From contig OZ219753.1 of NCBI GenBank assembly GCA_964291315.2, forward strand, positions 2,720,001 through 2,784,000: a stretch of 64,000 nt of DNA, read 5' to 3'. Under the pieces are notes generated by a model. That model saw nothing but the letters and a program-made list of their open reading frames with translations. It did not search any database and was not told the DNA's origin. Below are positions 27,836 to 38,029 of the stretch, one piece after another (the stretch's first letter is position 1; every line of letters starts with the position of its first letter). The position numbers and the translations under genes are program-made. This stretch comes from Candidatus Poribacteria bacterium (GTDB lineage Bacteria; Poribacteria; WGA-4E; WGA-3G).

Positions 27836-29170
27836 ATGCCTAACCAGCAAAGACAACAACTTTTCGGTGTAGACACTTTCAGTTGGGAAAAGTGGGATGC
27901 TTGTACGCACTGTGGGCTCTGCCTGCCGACTTGTCCTACCTATCGGGAATTAGGTTTAGAAACAGATTCTCCAAGGGGCAGGCTCTACCTGATGGGAAGC
28001 GCTTTTAAGACTGAAGGTGCCACGCCGCTCAATGAAGAATGGTCAGAATACATTTATCGGTGTTTAGACTGCCGTGCATGTGAAACTGCCTGCCCTTCTG
28101 GTGTTCATTTTGGGGTGCTTCTTGAAGAGGCGCGTGCTATATACGAGCAGAACGCTCCGCGTTCAGCAGCTTACCGCTTCTGGTCGAACCTTGTTTTCAA
28201 GCAAATTCTGCCAAATAAAGAACGGTTAGATATGATTTTTGAGTTGATGTGGGTGTATCAACGTCTCGGTATCCGATGGTTTTTGCAAAAGATAGGTATT
28301 TTGAAGCTAATGGGCCGCCTTGGACAAATGGAATCGCTGCTTCCGTCGATTCCTTCGCCTCAATTGAAATACACAATACGTGATATTACCGCTGCTGAAG
28401 GTGAAACGCGCTATCGTGTTGGCTTCATACCGGGGTGCATCATGAACCAGGTCTTCACAGAAACAAATGTCGCGACTATTCGCGTTTTAACAAAAAATGG
28501 ATGTGAGGTCGTTACCCCTCGGCAGCAGACGTGTTGTGGTGCGTTGCATCTGCACAACGGCGTGAGAGATGTCGCTACAGTGCTTGCTAAGCAGAATATT
28601 GATGCTTTTGAAAGTGAGAGTTTGGATGCTATTATCATCAATTCTGCAGGTTGTGGTGCTACACTTAAGGAATACGAAGTCCTCTTAGAAAATGATGCGG
28701 TTTACGCTGAGAAAGCGAAACGTTTCAGCCGTCAGATGCGCGATATCAGCGAATTCTTAGCGGAAATTGAGATGGTGCCGCCGATAGGGAAAATTGAGAA
28801 ACGGGTCACTTATGATGAACCGTGTCATCTTCTTCACGGTCAGGGCGTTCGAACACAACCGCGCAAGGTTCTCCAATCGATCCCTGGCCTTGAGTTGATT
28901 GCGTTGACGGAGGCGGAGTGGTGCTGTGGGAGTGCGGGAATTTATAATATTACACACCCTGAACTTTCACAAGAGATTCTGGCACATAAAATGGCTCACA
29001 TTGCGGAGACCGGTGCAGACATCGTAGCGACTGGAAATCCGGGGTGTTTACTTCAGATTCAGCTAGGTATCCAAAAATATAAATTGCCGATGCAGGCGAT
29101 GCATCCTGTTAATCTCTTAGACTATGCTTATCAAGGTATCGCCCCGGAGGACTTTTTGTCTAAACAGTAG
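27836..29170 (+). CDS. glcF: Glycolate oxidase iron-sulfur subunit
   Basis: Two CxxCxxCxxxCP motifs (CTHCGLCLPTCP, CLDCRACETACP) and two CCG domains. Confidence 0.88.
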   Translation: MPNQQRQQLFGVDTFSWEKWDACTHCGLCLPTCPTYRELGLETDSPRGRLYLMGSAFKTEGATPLNEEWSEYIYRCLDCRACETACPSGVHFGVLLEEARAIYEQNAPRSAAYRFWSNLVFKQILPNKERLDMIFELMWVYQRLGIRWFLQKIGILKLMGRLGQMESLLPSIPSPQLKYTIRDITAAEGETRYRVGFIPGCIMNQVFTETNVATIRVLTKNGCEVVTPRQQTCCGALHLHNGVRDVATVLAKQNIDAFESESLDAIIINSAGCGATLKEYEVLLENDAVYAEKAKRFSRQMRDISEFLAEIEMVPPIGKIEKRVTYDEPCHLLHGQGVRTQPRKVLQSIPGLELIALTEAEWCCGSAGIYNITHPELSQEILAHKMAHIAETGADIVATGNPGCLLQIQLGIQKYKLPMQAMHPVNLLDYAYQGIAPEDFLSKQ

Positions 29171-29290
29171 TCTGTTAGGGTTATTGTGAAACGACACAAG
29201 TTAAAATAGCGTCTTATAGTATAGAATACAAATCTAATCCCGACACGCGATGGGGATCGATCATTTTATTGTGAGACAGAAGTTAAAATA

Positions 29291-29869
29291 ATGTTTCTAT
29301 CAGATGAAGATATTATTAAGTATATGGATGCGGGGAAAATTGAGATCACTCCGGCACCTGATTGGGAAACACAACTCGGTAGCTGCTCGATCGATTTTAG
29401 GTTGAGCAATACATTTCGTGTGTTTGAGCACAGCAAACATCCTTACATTGATCTACGTAGCGAAATTGACACGAGTGACTTGATGCGAAGAGTTGATGTT
29501 CCGGATGGAGATGCCTTCACGATACAACCCGGTGAGCTTGTGCTTGCAGCAACACAAGAGAGACTTACATTAGCAAACGATGTGATGGCACGGCTTGAAG
29601 GCAGGAGTAGTTTAGCGCGCCTCGGTATTATCGTTCACAGTACTGCGGGCCTTTTCGATCCGGGGTGGGTAGGTACTCCGACGCTGGAGTTAGGCAATCT
29701 GGGGCGTATGCCGGTTAAATTATATCCAGGTATGCGGATCTGCGCTTTTACTTTCGCGCAGCTTTCTTCGCCGGCGCGTGTTCCCTACCCGCTGAAACCA
29801 ACGAACAAATATGCAGGTCAAGAGGGTGCAGAGACGAGTCGCTTCAATAAAGATGCTGAGTTCATTTAG
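29291..29869 (+). CDS. dcd: dCTP deaminase
   Basis: EGRSSLARLG, TAGLFDPGW.G..TLE, KYAGQ. Confidence 0.93.
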   Translation: MFLSDEDIIKYMDAGKIEITPAPDWETQLGSCSIDFRLSNTFRVFEHSKHPYIDLRSEIDTSDLMRRVDVPDGDAFTIQPGELVLAATQERLTLANDVMARLEGRSSLARLGIIVHSTAGLFDPGWVGTPTLELGNLGRMPVKLYPGMRICAFTFAQLSSPARVPYPLKPTNKYAGQEGAETSRFNKDAEFI

Positions 29870-29922
29870 CCCCGGAGTTGGTTAAGCGATGTGCGGTGCT
29901 CGATAGCGTCTGTCCGCAACTG

Positions 29923-29962
29923 TGCGCGGAAAATAGGCAACATTATGCCCAATAATTTAGCA
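29923..29962 (+). promoter_or_regulatory. Tandem NtrC-like enhancer sites
   Basis: Two TGC-N11-GCA 17-mers: 29923-29939 and 29946-29962. Confidence 0.55.
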
Positions 29963-30096
29963 AAATTTCATGTTTTTTATATAGCGTGTGGGTATGATAT
30001 TGGGACAGCGGTTGGTTTCGCGCGGCGAAACCGCTGTAATTCACGAATTTTAAATGAAAATTGACTGTTTTTCCTGATTAACCAGAGCAATGCCGA

Positions 30097-30113
30097 TTGG
30101 CATAAATTTTGCT
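30097..30113 (+). promoter_or_regulatory. Sigma54 (-24/-12) promoter of glnA
   Basis: TTGGCATAAATTTTGCT = GG-N10-GC with consensus flanks. Confidence 0.75.
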
Positions 30114-30322
30114 CATCTATCCGATTAAGATACTCGTCAAGTGGTATAATTTGCGCGTTCATATTGACGGAATCTAAGGACATTTCGGAATTATTGAAAC
30201 CTCTTAAGGGGGCCGGGGCGCGTTGTTTCGGTTTTCTTCTGGCGTTTCTTACGGTTTTAGCCTTGGTCTTTGGGACCGGGGTAATTTTGATAGCAAGTAC
30301 ACCGAATAGGAGGGTATATTAG

Positions 30323-31738
30323 ATGACACCAAGTGAGGTGGTCGCATTTGCAAAAGAAAATGGTGTTAAAATAGTTGATCTCAAATTCATGGATATGCCG
30401 GGAATGTGGCAACACTTTTCACTGATGGCGGGTGAGTTGGACGAAGGTATCTTTGAAGAAGGCATCGGCTTCGACGGCTCCAGTATCCGTGGTTTTCAGG
30501 CGATTAATGAGAGCGATATGCTGCTCTTTCCGGATCCAGCGACTGCTCTGATTGACCCGGTCTGCAAGGTGCCGACACTGAGTATCACATGTAACATCAA
30601 AGACCCAATTACATTGGAGAATTACACGCGTGATGTTCGGCATATTGCACAGAAAGCAGAGGCGTATCTTCAGTCTACAGGGATCGCGGATATAAGTTAT
30701 TGGGGTCCAGAGGCAGAGTTTTATCTTCTCAACGACATCCGCTACGGTCAAAACCAATATTCGGGCTTCTACTCGGTCGATTCTGTGGAAGGTAGTTGGA
30801 ACTCGGGTCGCGAAGAGAATCCAAACCTTGGTTACAAGCCGCGTTATAAAGAGGGGTATTTCCCGGTACCGCCGTCCGACACACTTCAAGACCTGCGGTC
30901 TGAGATTTGTTTGAAGTTGATGGAAGCTGGCATCGATGTGGAAGTTCACCACCATGAGGTGGGGACTGCAGGTCAAGGCGAAATTGATATTCGTTTTGAT
31001 ACATTGACTGTGGTTGGCGATAAGCTTGCGTTATACAAGTATATTGTCAAAAATGTGGCGCGTGCTAATAATTTAGTTGCTACTTTCATGCCGAAACCGC
31101 TTTTCCAAGACAATGGTTCTGGGATGCATGTACACCAGAGTCTCTGGAAAAACGGCAAGAACCTTTTCTACGATCCACAAGGTTACTCACTTCTCAGCGA
31201 GACGGCTCTCTATTACATTGGCGGTTTGCTGAGGCATGCTCGTTCGCTTTGTGCAATTATTGCCCCGACGACTAATTCCTACAAGCGTTTAGTTCCAGGG
31301 TACGAAGCCCCGGTTAATATTGCTTACTCTCAACGGAATCGTAGTGCTTGTGTGCGTATCCCGGTTTACTCGAAGAGCGAGAAGGCGAAGCGGGTTGAAT
31401 TCCGGACGCCGGATCCGTCTTGTAATCCATATCTTGCGTTTAGTGCGCTGCTCATGGCAGGGCTTGATGGCATCCAGAACCGTATCCACCCTGGTGATCC
31501 GTTGGATAAAGACCTCTATGATCTTGAGCCGGAAGAAATAGCGGACATTGAGTCAACGCCGCCGTCTCTCGGAGATTCACTTGATGCGTTAGAAGACGAC
31601 CACGAGTACCTGCTCAAGGGGGATGTGTTCACGCAAGATGTCTTGGATGTTTGGATCGATTACAAACGTGAGAACGAGGTTGATGCCCTAAATATGCGGC
31701 CCCACCCGTATGAGTTCTACCTCTATCATGATATTTAG
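30323..31738 (+). CDS. glnA: Glutamine synthetase type I
   Basis: [42 protein letters not shown] adenylylation site. Confidence 0.97.
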   Translation: MTPSEVVAFAKENGVKIVDLKFMDMPGMWQHFSLMAGELDEGIFEEGIGFDGSSIRGFQAINESDMLLFPDPATALIDPVCKVPTLSITCNIKDPITLENYTRDVRHIAQKAEAYLQSTGIADISYWGPEAEFYLLNDIRYGQNQYSGFYSVDSVEGSWNSGREENPNLGYKPRYKEGYFPVPPSDTLQDLRSEICLKLMEAGIDVEVHHHEVGTAGQGEIDIRFDTLTVVGDKLALYKYIVKNVARANNLVATFMPKPLFQDNGSGMHVHQSLWKNGKNLFYDPQGYSLLSETALYYIGGLLRHARSLCAIIAPTTNSYKRLVPGYEAPVNIAYSQRNRSACVRIPVYSKSEKAKRVEFRTPDPSCNPYLAFSALLMAGLDGIQNRIHPGDPLDKDLYDLEPEEIADIESTPPSLGDSLDALEDDHEYLLKGDVFTQDVLDVWIDYKRENEVDALNMRPHPYEFYLYHDI

Positions 31739-31855
31739 CCTGAGGGAGCGAAGTTGTTAAGGAACAGACTGCGGGGCGGATACGGGAATCCGCCCTCGAC
31801 ACTTATCCCGATCTCCCGATAAGTCTAGAGAGCAGAGATTGCTAGCTCTGATTGA

Positions 31856-32245
<390 letters not shown>

Positions 32246-32270
32246 CTTTCTACTTTATTTTCTCGGTAGT

Positions 32271-32303
32271 GAGGTGGGTATATTTACCTGCCTCTTTTTT
32301 TTT
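32271..32303 (+). terminator. Intrinsic terminator after P-II gene
   Basis: GAGGTGGGTA-TATT-TACCTGCCTC followed by T9. Confidence 0.85.
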
Positions 32304-32444
32304 CCTCGAACCCAAGAACATCGTTGCGGTGATAATGTGTTCGTCGAAGATATCAATCTTTTTTACTGTGAGAGCGTGTCCATGTGCTCTCCATTCATGT
32401 GGACGTTGTAATCTGTCACTGCTAGTTTTGACCTTAATTTTGAT

Positions 32445-32473
32445 TTGACATCCTCAATTTTTTATGCTATTAT
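32445..32473 (+). promoter_or_regulatory. Sigma70-type promoter for ABC operon
   Basis: TTGACA-17-TATTAT with extended TGn. Confidence 0.65.
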
Positions 32474-32584
32474 TTTATAATATATTTTATTCTTTACACG
32501 GCACGGGTTGAAAGAAATATCTTTCGTTCATTTTCCAAGGCGTAATCTGCAAGACTGTATGAGGAAATTAGAAGATTAAAGCGT

Positions 32585-33523
32585 ATGATTGAAGTTAGAG
32601 AACTCACAAAATCTTACGGCACGACAGTTGCTGTCAATCAGGTCACATTTGAGGCACACGCTGGCGAGGTGCTTGGTTTTCTCGGTCCCAACGGTGCGGG
32701 TAAGACCACAACGATGCGTATTCTTACCTGCTATCTCTCGGCTGATGCTGGTAGTGCCACTGTTGCTGGATACGATGTATTTGAGGAATCCGTTGAAGTC
32801 AGGAAGCATATCGGTTACTTACCTGAAAGTGCTCCGCTTTATACCGATATGGGTGTTATTGAATACCTAAACTTCATGACGCAGGTACGAGATATTCCGA
32901 AAAGTCAGCGGAAAGAACGGACACGAACAGTTATCGACATCTGTGGACTTGAGGATGTTATCCAAAAAGACATCGGTGAACTCTCAAAGGGTTACCGCCA
33001 ACGGGTCGGTTTGGCACAAAGTCTCATTCATGATCCGCCTATTTTAATTTTAGATGAACCCACTTCTGGACTTGACCCCAGCCAAATCATCGAGATTCGG
33101 AACTTAATTAAGAATATCGGGCAAGAGAAGCTCGTTCTCTTCAGTACACACATTTTACCTGAAGTCTCTGCGACGTGTAGTCGGATTCTGATTATCAACA
33201 ATGGAACGATTGTGGCGAATGGTACACCAGAGGAGCTCTCCCATCAGGCAAAAGGCGAAGAAATTGTGCATATCACCATCCGAGGTGTGAAAGAGGCGAT
33301 TGAGGCTGAACTAGGCGAGCTAGAATTTGTCTCGCAGTGGAACTGTGTGGGGACGGATGATGGTACAGCTAGCTACCAGATCAATGCGGATCACGGTAGC
33401 GATGCTGCGGAGGCACTGTTTCATATGGTAGTGGAGAATAGGTGGAGTCTCACAGAGCTCCGTCAGGAATCCGTAGACTTAGAGGATGTCTTCCTCAATT
33501 TAACACATAAGGAGCAGGCATAG
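32585..33523 (+). CDS. ABC transporter ATP-binding protein (GldA-like)
   Basis: GPNGAGKTT, LSKGYRQRVG, LILDEPT. Confidence 0.92.
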   Translation: MIEVRELTKSYGTTVAVNQVTFEAHAGEVLGFLGPNGAGKTTTMRILTCYLSADAGSATVAGYDVFEESVEVRKHIGYLPESAPLYTDMGVIEYLNFMTQVRDIPKSQRKERTRTVIDICGLEDVIQKDIGELSKGYRQRVGLAQSLIHDPPILILDEPTSGLDPSQIIEIRNLIKNIGQEKLVLFSTHILPEVSATCSRILIINNGTIVANGTPEELSHQAKGEEIVHITIRGVKEAIEAELGELEFVSQWNCVGTDDGTASYQINADHGSDAAEALFHMVVENRWSLTELRQESVDLEDVFLNLTHKEQA

Positions 33524-33564
33524 CATTACGAAAGTAAAGAGACTGCTTCTACAAACGAAAAATC

Positions 33565-34281
33565 ATGAATAATATTACAGCCATCCTTAAAAAGGAATTT
33601 AAAAGTTATTTTAACTCACCTATTGCGTATATCTTCATCACATTTTTCCTCGGTATCTCTGCCTGGCTCTTCTTTCGTAGTTTTTTTCTTGTAAACCAAG
33701 CGGAAATGCGTGGGTTTTTCGGGCTAATGCCGTGGATTTTCCTATTTTTTATTCCTGCTGTTACCATGAAACTCTGGGCTGAAGAAAAGAAACTCGGCAC
33801 GGTAGAAGTGCTTATGACACTGCCGATTCGGGATTATGAGGTCATCTTGGGAAAATTCTTAGCAAGTTTTGCCTTGCTGGTTGTAACTGTCCTGCTTTCA
33901 CTCGTGCTGCCTTTTTCGGTCATGTATCTTGGGGATCCTGACGGTGGTACATTGATCTCGGGGTACATCGGTCTTCTCTTAATGGGGGGTGCGTATCTTG
34001 CAATCGGGATTTTTGCTTCGACGTTGACCGAGAACCAAATCATCGCTTTTATTTTCGGGATTACTGCTAGCTTCGTGTTGCTCATTATCGGTGAAGATAT
34101 TGTGCTTTTCAATGCGCCGAATTGGCTGTACCCGATCTTCAGCTATCTTGGGCTTGGTGCGCATTACAGTAGTATTCTACGCGGTGTAATCGATTCTCGC
34201 GACATTATCTACTATTTGTCGCTGATCGGTTTCTTTTTATATTTAAGCACATTGTCGGTTGAAAGCCGCAAATGGCGTTAA
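33565..34281 (+). CDS. ABC-2 permease (GldF-like)
   Basis: KEFKSYFNSPIAY, EEKKLGTVEVLMTLP, RGVIDSRD. Confidence 0.88.
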   Translation: MNNITAILKKEFKSYFNSPIAYIFITFFLGISAWLFFRSFFLVNQAEMRGFFGLMPWIFLFFIPAVTMKLWAEEKKLGTVEVLMTLPIRDYEVILGKFLASFALLVVTVLLSLVLPFSVMYLGDPDGGTLISGYIGLLLMGGAYLAIGIFASTLTENQIIAFIFGITASFVLLIIGEDIVLFNAPNWLYPIFSYLGLGAHYSSILRGVIDSRDIIYYLSLIGFFLYLSTLSVESRKWR

Positions 34282-34299
34282 AGAAGGAGGAGAGCTGCT

Positions 34300-35922
34300 T
34301 TGGTTAGCAAGCTGAAATATGGTGGCAACACCCTCGCTTTTGTAGCAATCATTTTTGGCATTCTCGTGCTGATTAACTTTTTGTCCACACGGCGTTTTAT
34401 CCGTGCGGATCTCACTGAGGACAAACGCTACACAATTTCGAAAGCGACGAGAAACGTATTAGACACGCTAGACGACATTGTAACAATTACCGCCTATTTT
34501 TCGACAAATACGGCAGAGGTTGCGAAGCTCCGGCGCGACGTTAGAGATGTGTTGGACGAATACAATGCTTTTTCCAAAAATCTTCAGATCGATTTTGTGA
34601 ATCCTGCTGATTTAGATGATGGACAGAAACAAGAGCTCCGCTTCAAAGGGATTCCTGAAGTGCAAGTTAATGTTGTGAGAACAGATAAAGCGGAGATCGC
34701 GAACGTCTACATGGGGATATCCGTTGGTTACAGCGGTAAAGAAGAAACGCTGCCGATAGTGCGCACAACTGCTAATCTAGAATACGAACTCACCTCTACG
34801 ATTCTCAAAGTTACAACTAAAGAGGCAAAAACTGTCGGGTTTTTGACAGGGCACGGTGAGTTCGATATCAACGATCAAAATTATCAGCAGTTTCGTCAAC
34901 TTTTGGATAAAACTGCCCAAGGTCAATACAATCTGATGTCTGTGAGTTTAGGAGATGGAAAAGGGGTGGATCCGAGCGTTGCGACGTTGATTATTGCAGG
35001 TGCAAAGCGACTGCTCACAGAACGTGAGAAATACGAGATTGATCAGTTCATCATGCGGGGGGGTAGAGCGGTTTTCTTAGTGGATCCGATCCAATTACAA
35101 CCGGGTACTTTGCAAGGTTCGCCGCTAAGCACGGGTCTGAATGATCTGCTTGAACATTACGGAGTTAAACTTGGGAATAATCTCTTGTTGGACCGCAAAT
35201 TCCACGACACTGCGAGATTCCAACAAGGTTTTATGACTGTTATTCAACCGTATCCGTATTTTGTCAAAATTATCAAAGAGAATTTCTCGGTAGAGAACGT
35301 GGTTACCAATGAGTTGGAAACGATGACGCTGCCCTGGACCAGTTCCTTAGACGTTCTTACAAAAGAGGGCATCACAGCGACGCCGTTGGCAAAAACGAGT
35401 GAATTTGGACAGAGCGTTCAAAGTTATTACAACCTGATGCCGAATTCCCCGCTTCCTGAAGCCGAGCTTCAAGTCTACACTGTTGCTGCGGCTCTGGAGG
35501 GGAAGTTTAAGAGCTTCTATGCGGATAAAGAAATTCCGCCGGTGGTGACTGCCACAGATGATGAGGGAAGCGAGGCAGGTGCTTCTGTAGAAGTCGCTGA
35601 GGCACTTCCGATTCAGACTGAGGGTGAACAGACACAAATTGTTATTGTCGGCACGTCGCAATTTCTCACCCAGCTGCGTCCGGATGGCATCAATTTTTTC
35701 TTAAACACCGTGGACTGGCTGACTCTCGGCGATGCGCTTATCGGTATCCGCTCGCATGCTATTACGGATCGCCCCCTCCGAGAAACGGGGGGAATTGAGA
35801 GGGATTTTATCAGATATTTATGTACTATAGGTCTTCCGCTCTTGGTTGTGATTTTTGGACTCGTTCGATATTACCTAAAGCGACGTGCAAAACAATTGGT
35901 AGAAACGTACGGTTCGATATAA
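34300..35922 (+). CDS. GldG-family ABC auxiliary protein
   Basis: RADLTEDKRYTIS, EYELTS, GFLTGHGE, FFLNTVDWL; N- and C-terminal TM. Confidence 0.85.
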   Translation: MVSKLKYGGNTLAFVAIIFGILVLINFLSTRRFIRADLTEDKRYTISKATRNVLDTLDDIVTITAYFSTNTAEVAKLRRDVRDVLDEYNAFSKNLQIDFVNPADLDDGQKQELRFKGIPEVQVNVVRTDKAEIANVYMGISVGYSGKEETLPIVRTTANLEYELTSTILKVTTKEAKTVGFLTGHGEFDINDQNYQQFRQLLDKTAQGQYNLMSVSLGDGKGVDPSVATLIIAGAKRLLTEREKYEIDQFIMRGGRAVFLVDPIQLQPGTLQGSPLSTGLNDLLEHYGVKLGNNLLLDRKFHDTARFQQGFMTVIQPYPYFVKIIKENFSVENVVTNELETMTLPWTSSLDVLTKEGITATPLAKTSEFGQSVQSYYNLMPNSPLPEAELQVYTVAAALEGKFKSFYADKEIPPVVTATDDEGSEAGASVEVAEALPIQTEGEQTQIVIVGTSQFLTQLRPDGINFFLNTVDWLTLGDALIGIRSHAITDRPLRETGGIERDFIRYLCTIGLPLLVVIFGLVRYYLKRRAKQLVETYGSI

Positions 35923-36027
35923 TTTCCCCTATTCGTAAAGAAACAGAATTCACTATAAATATTGCTTATAGGCAAAAAGCGGGTTGATTCTAGATGTCAA
36001 CCTGCACGGAGATTCGACAGTTAGAAA

Positions 36028-36996
36028 ATGAAAACGAAACAACTCCTTATATTAGGCGCTATTTTTGTTGTTCTGGCAATTGTTATTCTGCTCTTCGAGA
36101 ATCCTTTTGGGCAGAGCGAGTACGAGAAGAAAGTTGAAACAGCGACCCCGCTGTTCCCAAACTTCAATAAGGGACAGGTTACAAAAATAGAAATTAATGC
36201 TGATACTGAAAGCACAATACTCTCAAAACAGGACGGCAATTGGGTTGTTACCTCAATGGACGACTATCCGGCAGATAGTGAAGGTATCTCGGAGCTGCTG
36301 TCCAAAGTGGCTGAATTTAAGAACACGCAGCGCGTCTCTAATAACCCGGAAAAACAGGCAGAATTTGAGGTTGATAGCACAGGGGTCGAAGCGAAACTGT
36401 TGGCTGCAGACGATACCCTCCTAGCACACCTATTTGTCGGGAAAACAACCCCTGGATTTCTGAGTAGTTATGTTCGCGTTGCTGATTCCAACGATGTCTA
36501 TGTGGCGCAAGGCTACCTCCAATCTATGTTCAACAAAGGGGCACGGACTTGGAAAGATAGGGCTATCTTCGATTTCAATAAAGGCATTGTCACGCAGTTG
36601 AATATCACTATGCCTGAAGAAAGCGTCGAACTCCGCATTGATGGGGATGGCACGTGGCAGATGCTCAAACCGACTGCTTCGGCTGTCAAGCAAGACGAGG
36701 TTGATTCTCTTCTCACAACCCTTAGCGGATTGGATACCGATGATTTTGCCGAAATGCCAGAGGAGCTCGGCGAATACGGATTGGATACACCGGAATCTAC
36801 TATATCTGCTCTACGCAATGACGGCACAACGGTGACGCTGCACATCGGAAGAGAGGAAGAAGGTAAATACTACGTCAAACGCGATGACAAGGATACTATC
36901 TTCAGACTCTTCAAATCAAATGTTGATAGTTTGATAAAGAAGTCTGATACGCTCCAGGCGGAAGAAGAACCACCAGCCTCAGAGGGAAACGAATAG
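36028..36996 (+). CDS. DUF4340-like protein
   Basis: N-terminal TM; repeated W...YPAD / YGLD.P / YVR motifs; typical position after GldG. Confidence 0.75.
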   Translation: MKTKQLLILGAIFVVLAIVILLFENPFGQSEYEKKVETATPLFPNFNKGQVTKIEINADTESTILSKQDGNWVVTSMDDYPADSEGISELLSKVAEFKNTQRVSNNPEKQAEFEVDSTGVEAKLLAADDTLLAHLFVGKTTPGFLSSYVRVADSNDVYVAQGYLQSMFNKGARTWKDRAIFDFNKGIVTQLNITMPEESVELRIDGDGTWQMLKPTASAVKQDEVDSLLTTLSGLDTDDFAEMPEELGEYGLDTPESTISALRNDGTTVTLHIGREEEGKYYVKRDDKDTIFRLFKSNVDSLIKKSDTLQAEEEPPASEGNE

Positions 36997-37053
36997 TGAA
37001 CTTGTTTGGTCGCAAACAACGCGGTGGGGTTGACTGCACCGAAGGAAATTGTT

Positions 37054-37791
37054 GTGAAAAAATTAAAATTTTTGTGTTTATGGGGCATTGCCCTGACTGT
37101 TATAATGTTCATCGGGTGCGATCCACAAATTGTGGCTCCCTTGTTAACGTCCCCGGAGAGTAGGACTATTCATGTCACTGGAAGTGGTTCAGTCGTTGCT
37201 GCCCCGGATATAGCGATGCTCAATTTAGGTGTGTCTGCCGAAAAAACCTCGGTTGCGGAAGCGCGCGAGGCAGCTGCGAGCGCGATGGCAGATGTCATGG
37301 AGTCTCTAGCGGGTAACGATGTCGCTGAAAAAGACATTCAGACCACAAATTTCAGTATCTACCCGCAATACGACTACACGGACAACGGGCGCGTATTGCG
37401 TGGATACACGGTGAGCAACACTGTCAATGCGAAAGTGCGCAAATTGGAGGGGCTCAGTGATATAATTGACGATGCTGCGGCGGCAGGTGGCGATACTGTT
37501 AGAGTAGACGCTGTTCAATTTATGATTGAAGATCCTACGGCGTTACAGACTCAGGCGAGGGTTTTGGCAGTAAAGAAAGCCGAGATGAACGCGGTAACCT
37601 TAGCAGAAGCGAGCGGTGTTACTCTCGGAAAACCTATCACTATCACAGAGAGTAGCTCTGGTGGCAGCAACCACATTGCTTTTGCGGAGCAAGCATCACT
37701 CGCTGATGATAGTTCTCGGAGTTCAACGCCAGTTCAAGTGGGCGAACTCACGGTTACCGTGAATGTCACTATTGTCTATGAAATTAATTGA
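37054..37791 (+). CDS. SIMPL/DUF541 (BP26-like) lipoprotein
   Basis: IHVTGSGSVVAAPDIA, DIQTTNFSIYPQY, LAEASGVTLG; lipobox FIGC; GTG 37054 after AAGGA. Confidence 0.88.
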   Translation: MKKLKFLCLWGIALTVIMFIGCDPQIVAPLLTSPESRTIHVTGSGSVVAAPDIAMLNLGVSAEKTSVAEAREAAASAMADVMESLAGNDVAEKDIQTTNFSIYPQYDYTDNGRVLRGYTVSNTVNAKVRKLEGLSDIIDDAAAAGGDTVRVDAVQFMIEDPTALQTQARVLAVKKAEMNAVTLAEASGVTLGKPITITESSSGGSNHIAFAEQASLADDSSRSSTPVQVGELTVTVNVTIVYEIN

Positions 37792-37914
37792 GATTTTTCG
37801 CAGCTATGAGATGAGGTGCCTGCTTAGGTTGTATCGGTAAATTGGTGGAGATGTTAGCGTGCCGGCATAATGTGGTGGAGTCTCATAAATCTGTCGGCAT
37901 TTCCAAAGGTCGAC

Positions 37915-37944
37915 TTGACAAAAAAGCGGCATTGATAGTATGAT
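37915..37944 (+). promoter_or_regulatory. Sigma70-type promoter for the helicase operon
   Basis: TTGACA-18-TATGAT. Confidence 0.5.
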
Positions 37945-38029
37945 GAAGTTAGGGTTGACATAACGAATACGACTTTTCACGTAAATCTGATGGCACAATA
38001 CTGTTGCTTGATGCACGCTATAAATAGTT

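Noticed and set aside
30156-30225. glnA (glutamine) riboswitch
   Set aside because: CGTTCA...GACGGAA resembles the 5' part of the motif, but the closing GAAGGAACG strand is missing; an Infernal search against the Rfam glnA model would settle it
37991-38009. Sigma54 promoter before the helicase operon (TGGCACAATACTGTTGC)
   Set aside because: GG-to-GC spacing is 12 nt rather than the required 10
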